Shown: positions 6,985 to 10,637 of the stretch, one piece after another
Layout: each line of letters starts with the position of its first letter
Numbering within the stretch: position 1 is the first letter of the stretch
Source: Opitutus sp. GAS368
Lineage (GTDB): Bacteria; Verrucomicrobiota; Verrucomicrobiia; Opitutales; Opitutaceae
Assembly (NCBI GenBank): GCA_945861645.1
Contig: CAMAVZ010000056.1
Location: 1 to 10,637, forward strand
DNA length: 10,637 nucleotides
Direction: 5' to 3'
Notes under the pieces: model-generated
What the model was told of the DNA's origin: nothing
The model's input: the letters and a program-made list of their open reading frames with translations, nothing else
Database searches by the model: none
Position numbers and translations under genes: made by a program

Positions 6985-7008
6985 GCAAACAGGCAGAGGA
7001 CAACCCAA

Positions 7009-7036
7009 GGCCGCTCTTAATTGAGGCGGCTTTTTT
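7009..7036 (+). terminator. Rho-independent terminator after the pilin
   Basis: Stem GCCGCTC / GAGGCGGC (one bulge), loop TTAATT, followed by TTTTTT (7031-7036). Confidence 0.75.
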
Positions 7037-7210
7037 ATGTCCCATGGGGGCGATTTTTAATGGTCCCGCATGGGGCGGCTACGAATACAATATTAGGGTG
7101 AAAGCGGAAATATTACCGCAGATGCTCGGGTGGAAAGAGGTCTTTTGTTTTACCAGTGAGTCGTTCACGCTTGTGACAACTGCCTCTTCTGCGTTTTCGA
7201 AACACATTTT

Positions 7211-9052
7211 ATGGATCGTCGCTTCGTTTTATTTATTCTGATTGCGGCCTGGGCCGTAATTTTAGGTTTCTTCACCTTAAGCGCTGAGCAGTCACTGAGC
7301 GCCGTGATTTACGGCGGTTACTGGGCAATGTTGGGGCTGACCCTATTGTTCGGTTGGTCACTTGTTCGCATCAGTCGTGATTCGTTCGCTGGTGGCATTG
7401 CTTGGCGCCAACATCCGCGCTGGCCGGTTGCGCTGGTGGTCGCCTGTGGGTTGCTCCTCTTGGTCCACGAGAGCTATGGATTTAAAATATTGATGGATGA
7501 AGTGATGCTCCTCGGCACTTCGATGAGCATGCATTTGGATAAAACGGCGCTCGTGCCGATGCGCGGCCATGATATCCAAGGCGCTTTCCAAGTGCTCGCC
7601 GGACAAATTGATAAGCGGCCGCTGTTTCAGCCGTTTTTGGTGTCGGTCTTGCATGATCTGACCGGTTATCGGCCTGAAAATATTTTTGCGCTTAACACCG
7701 CCCTGACCTTTGTCTTGTTGGGACTCGCATATTTAACCGGCCGAAACATCGGCGGACGCGACGCGGGCGCGGTGGCCGTATTGCTGCTCACCAGCCTGCC
7801 TTTATTAGCGCAAAACGCGACCGGGGGAGGGTTTGAATTGTTAAATTTGGTGATGATTTTGAGCACCCTATTACTGGCGATGCGTTATCTGCGCCGCCGT
7901 GACGGGCCGTCGCTTGATGCCTTGGGCTTGTCCGGGCTTTTACTGGCCCAGACGCGTTATGAGTCCGTGATTTTTTTGTTACCGGTCGGGCTAACGGTGC
8001 TCTGGGTTTGGTGGGACGAGCGGCGACCAATGCTGACCGGGCTCGTCTTGATCATGCCGCTGCTTTTGCTCCCTTATGCGTTGCACCAAAAAGTTTTTAG
8101 CGCGAGGGCTGCGGCTTGGGAGATGGCGAGCCAGCCTGGTTTTGATCGGCCCTTCTCCTTGGCCTATCTGCCGGACAATCTCGCGCATGATCTCAATTTC
8201 TTCTTTAACTCGACAGGGGAACATTCGAATTCCCTCGTGCTATCGATGCTGGGCTTTAGCGCGCTGCTTTTTTTCGGACTCTGGTGTTTTAAGACGCTCC
8301 GCCAATTGCGCACGGCACCGCCGGAGCGCGCGGCTTTAGCTATTTTTTCTTTGGGTTTCGCGGCGCACGCCTTGTTGCTGCTTTGTTATTTCTGGGGCAA
8401 ATTTGACGATCCGGTAATTCGCCGACTCAGCTTGCCGTTTAATCTCGCGCTCGTCTTGGCCGTGGTGACGGTGGCCGCAGAAATGAATTGGCGCGGGCAG
8501 GTTTGGCGTATTTTGGCGGTGGTGATCGGGGTCGGATTTTTCGCGCACTCGCTGCCGGCGATGGCACGGCACGGGTATTCCATCGAATATTATGTCGGCC
8601 GCGAAATGGATTGGCGCCGCGCTTTTATCAAAGCCCACCCGGAGCGGGATTATTTGGTCATCGATAATAATTCGATTATTTGGATTACGCACCTCGTCTC
8701 TAGCACGCCTGTCCGCCAGGCGCTCGACCATAAAGAAAATATTGTTTTCAACCTGCGCAACCGCACCTTCACCGCCACTTATGTTTTTCAGCGTTACACG
8801 GTGGAGCCGGCGACCGGTCGCTTAGTCTTGCCCGTCGAGGATGATCTGGGTGCAGATTATCAACTTGAGACGGTCTGGGAAAAGCGCTTCACCCCACTCA
8901 CGGTCAGTCGGATCAGTCGAATTCTGTCGGTCCGCGAAGGCCCTACCGCCCACCCGTTAATTGCGCCGCCGGTTTTGGACCAGCTGACGCCATTGGAGCA
9001 GGAAAAAGTGCGGGATCAGTATTTGGAACGCTTTATTAAGCGACTGCCTTGA
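7211..9052 (+). CDS. Polytopic membrane glycosyltransferase, GT-C fold (ArnT/PMT-like), paralogue 1
   Basis: 613 aa with many hydrophobic segments. DE motif after the N-terminal TMs (KILMDEV), DKRPLF in the same loop, GFELLN, LLAQTRYES, RRLSLP, and a soluble C-terminal domain, matching GT-C architecture. Confidence 0.75.
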   Translation: MDRRFVLFILIAAWAVILGFFTLSAEQSLSAVIYGGYWAMLGLTLLFGWSLVRISRDSFAGGIAWRQHPRWPVALVVACGLLLLVHESYGFKILMDEVMLLGTSMSMHLDKTALVPMRGHDIQGAFQVLAGQIDKRPLFQPFLVSVLHDLTGYRPENIFALNTALTFVLLGLAYLTGRNIGGRDAGAVAVLLLTSLPLLAQNATGGGFELLNLVMILSTLLLAMRYLRRRDGPSLDALGLSGLLLAQTRYESVIFLLPVGLTVLWVWWDERRPMLTGLVLIMPLLLLPYALHQKVFSARAAAWEMASQPGFDRPFSLAYLPDNLAHDLNFFFNSTGEHSNSLVLSMLGFSALLFFGLWCFKTLRQLRTAPPERAALAIFSLGFAAHALLLLCYFWGKFDDPVIRRLSLPFNLALVLAVVTVAAEMNWRGQVWRILAVVIGVGFFAHSLPAMARHGYSIEYYVGREMDWRRAFIKAHPERDYLVIDNNSIIWITHLVSSTPVRQALDHKENIVFNLRNRTFTATYVFQRYTVEPATGRLVLPVEDDLGADYQLETVWEKRFTPLTVSRISRILSVREGPTAHPLIAPPVLDQLTPLEQEKVRDQYLERFIKRLP

Positions 9053-10637
9053 GCAGATTTTTCGTGCCAAACTTTAAACCAGCTTTCTGGTCACGGGCTG
9101 AGTTTCGGCTGGGGCTATTTGGCCTCGCCGCGGTCACGGCGGTTTATTTCGGCTTTATTGGTTGGGCGCCAGAAACTGGCGGTACGCTGGTGAAGCGCTT
9201 TGGGTACTATGTGCTTGGGTTAACTTTTGGGCTCTGGCTGGTCGCGCTCTGGCAGTTGAGTCAGCAGCGCTGCGGGGCGATGGGTATCAGCCGGCGTGAG
9301 GGTTGGGGGGCGGGGCTCGCGATTGGCCTGTTAACGCTGCTGGCGTTTAATGCAGAGCCGTTTCGCAGCAAAGTGCTCTTCGATGAATTCGTACTGCAGT
9401 CGACGGCTTTTAATATGCATTATTTCCGCGACACGGCGACGATGGTGCGGGGCTATGATATTTTGGGGGTATTTGTTTCCACAGATAATTTTCTCGATAA
9501 GCGACCGAATTTTTATCCGTTCTTGGTCTCGCTGGTGCATGATTTTACGGGTTACCGCACGGCCAATGCTTATTGGTTAAACGCCGCGCTTTTGCCCCTG
9601 ACCCTCGCGCTGGCCTATTATCAGGGTCGGCGCTTAGCGGGCCAATGGGGCGCGTGGTTGGCTTTATTGTTATTAGGTTCTCTGCCTTTGTTGGGGCAAA
9701 ATGCCACGGGCTCAGGCATGGAGCTGCTTAATTTTTTTATGATTCTCGCCGTGATTGCGCTCGGCGGTGCTTACTTGCGGCAACCTGATCACGTTCGGCT
9801 ATCAGCGCTGGTGTTGGGCACGTTATTACTAGCTCAGTCGCGCTATGAATCAGCGGTCTATGTATTGCCGGTCGCCGTTTTGATCGGGCTGGGCTGGTGG
9901 CGGCGAGGAACGGTTATCATTTCGTGGCCAACGGTGCTCGCGCCGCTCCTGCTGGTGCCTTGTGCGCTGCAAAATAAAGTGCTCAATAACACCCGCTGGA
10001 TGTGGGAGCTGAAAGCCGATCAGGAAACTCGCTTTAGCCTAGATTACCTCAATAAAAATTGGGCCGGGGCGATCGATTTTCTTTTTAGCACGAGCCAGCG
10101 CTACGCCAATTCTCTGACGCTCTCATGGCTAGGCTGCGCTGCTTTGGTTGGGCTGATTGGGTACAGCCTGCGGCAGCGGGCCGTGCTGCGTACGCTCGCG
10201 GAAGATCAGCTGGCGCTGGTTTGGTTGGGGTTGGGGGTTATCGGGAATACCGGGCTAACTTTTTTTTATTACTGGGCGAGTTTCAATGACCCCATGGCTT
10301 CGCGGCTGAGTCTGCCGCTGCATTTAGTTTTTGCTTTCGCGGTCGTCGGCGCCGGCGGGCTCCTCGCGCGGCGGTGGTCCGGGGTGCGGACAATTTTAAT
10401 CGGCTTGGCCTTGCTCGCCGTCGTGACGGCGACGAGTCGGTTCGCGCAGCCGCTTTATTCGCATACTGGCATTGATGAAATTGAATGGGAGAAAAGATTT
10501 GTGCTCGCTCGACCGCCAGGGGATCGGCTCATTCTGACTAATAAGTCTACGCTGCCTTGGCTGTTATTAAAAATCCCCTCAATTTTGGTGGGTCGCGGTC
10601 AGCTCATGGCGGAGCGCTTGCAGTATAATTTAGCGGC
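9049..10637 (+). CDS. Second GT-C-like membrane glycosyltransferase, paralogue 2 (3' partial; absent from the ORF track)
   Basis: Frame read by hand is open from TTG 9049 (TTGA overlap with the upstream stop; GTG 9064 is an alternative start) to the window end, about 529 codons. Motifs KVLFDEF, RGYDI, DKRPNFYPFLVSLVHDFTGYR, QNATGSGMELLN, LLAQSRYES and YWASFNDPMASRLSLP are colinear with paralogue 1. Confidence 0.85.
   Translation, partial: MSRFFVPNFKPAFWSRAEFRLGLFGLAAVTAVYFGFIGWAPETGGTLVKRFGYYVLGLTFGLWLVALWQLSQQRCGAMGISRREGWGAGLAIGLLTLLAFNAEPFRSKVLFDEFVLQSTAFNMHYFRDTATMVRGYDILGVFVSTDNFLDKRPNFYPFLVSLVHDFTGYRTANAYWLNAALLPLTLALAYYQGRRLAGQWGAWLALLLLGSLPLLGQNATGSGMELLNFFMILAVIALGGAYLRQPDHVRLSALVLGTLLLAQSRYESAVYVLPVAVLIGLGWWRRGTVIISWPTVLAPLLLVPCALQNKVLNNTRWMWELKADQETRFSLDYLNKNWAGAIDFLFSTSQRYANSLTLSWLGCAALVGLIGYSLRQRAVLRTLAEDQLALVWLGLGVIGNTGLTFFYYWASFNDPMASRLSLPLHLVFAFAVVGAGGLLARRWSGVRTILIGLALLAVVTATSRFAQPLYSHTGIDEIEWEKRFVLARPPGDRLILTNKSTLPWLLLKIPSILVGRGQLMAERLQYNLA

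Noticed and set aside
7044-7241. 65-aa ORF between the pilin terminator and the first GT-C gene
   Set aside because: Overlaps the next start, has no motif and is more likely promoter or leader DNA.
5233-10637. bldA-like control of the TTA-containing GT-C genes by the nearby tRNA-Leu(TAA)
   Set aside because: TTA also occurs in nadD and rsfS, so it is not a restricted codon here. Proximity is probably coincidental.

Overview
Bacterial window whose gene style suggests Verrucomicrobiota/Opitutales (inferred, not proven). A tRNA-Leu(TAA) at 5233-5318 (-) splits it in two. The left, minus-strand side holds a FecI-like ECF sigma/FecR pair and a secreted GH32-fold hydrolase with non-canonical catalytic motifs. 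Next to these is a decayed island margin: a metallohydrolase-like gene fragment fused by deletion to a truncated DNA methyltransferase, a 202-bp MITE-like element with 18-bp terminal inverted repeats and a 5-bp target duplication, a hairpin-rich tract, and tandem 10-bp repeats resembling integrase arm sites beside the tRNA 3' end. The right, plus-strand side holds nadD-rsfS, then a short Cys-free, Ser/Thr-rich type IV pilin with a terminator. Two tandem paralogous GT-C-like membrane proteins follow; the second is missing from the ORF track and runs off the window. The pilin plus twin GT-C locus is the best candidate for an uncharacterised system (pilin glycosylation). All homology calls come from motif recognition, not database searches.
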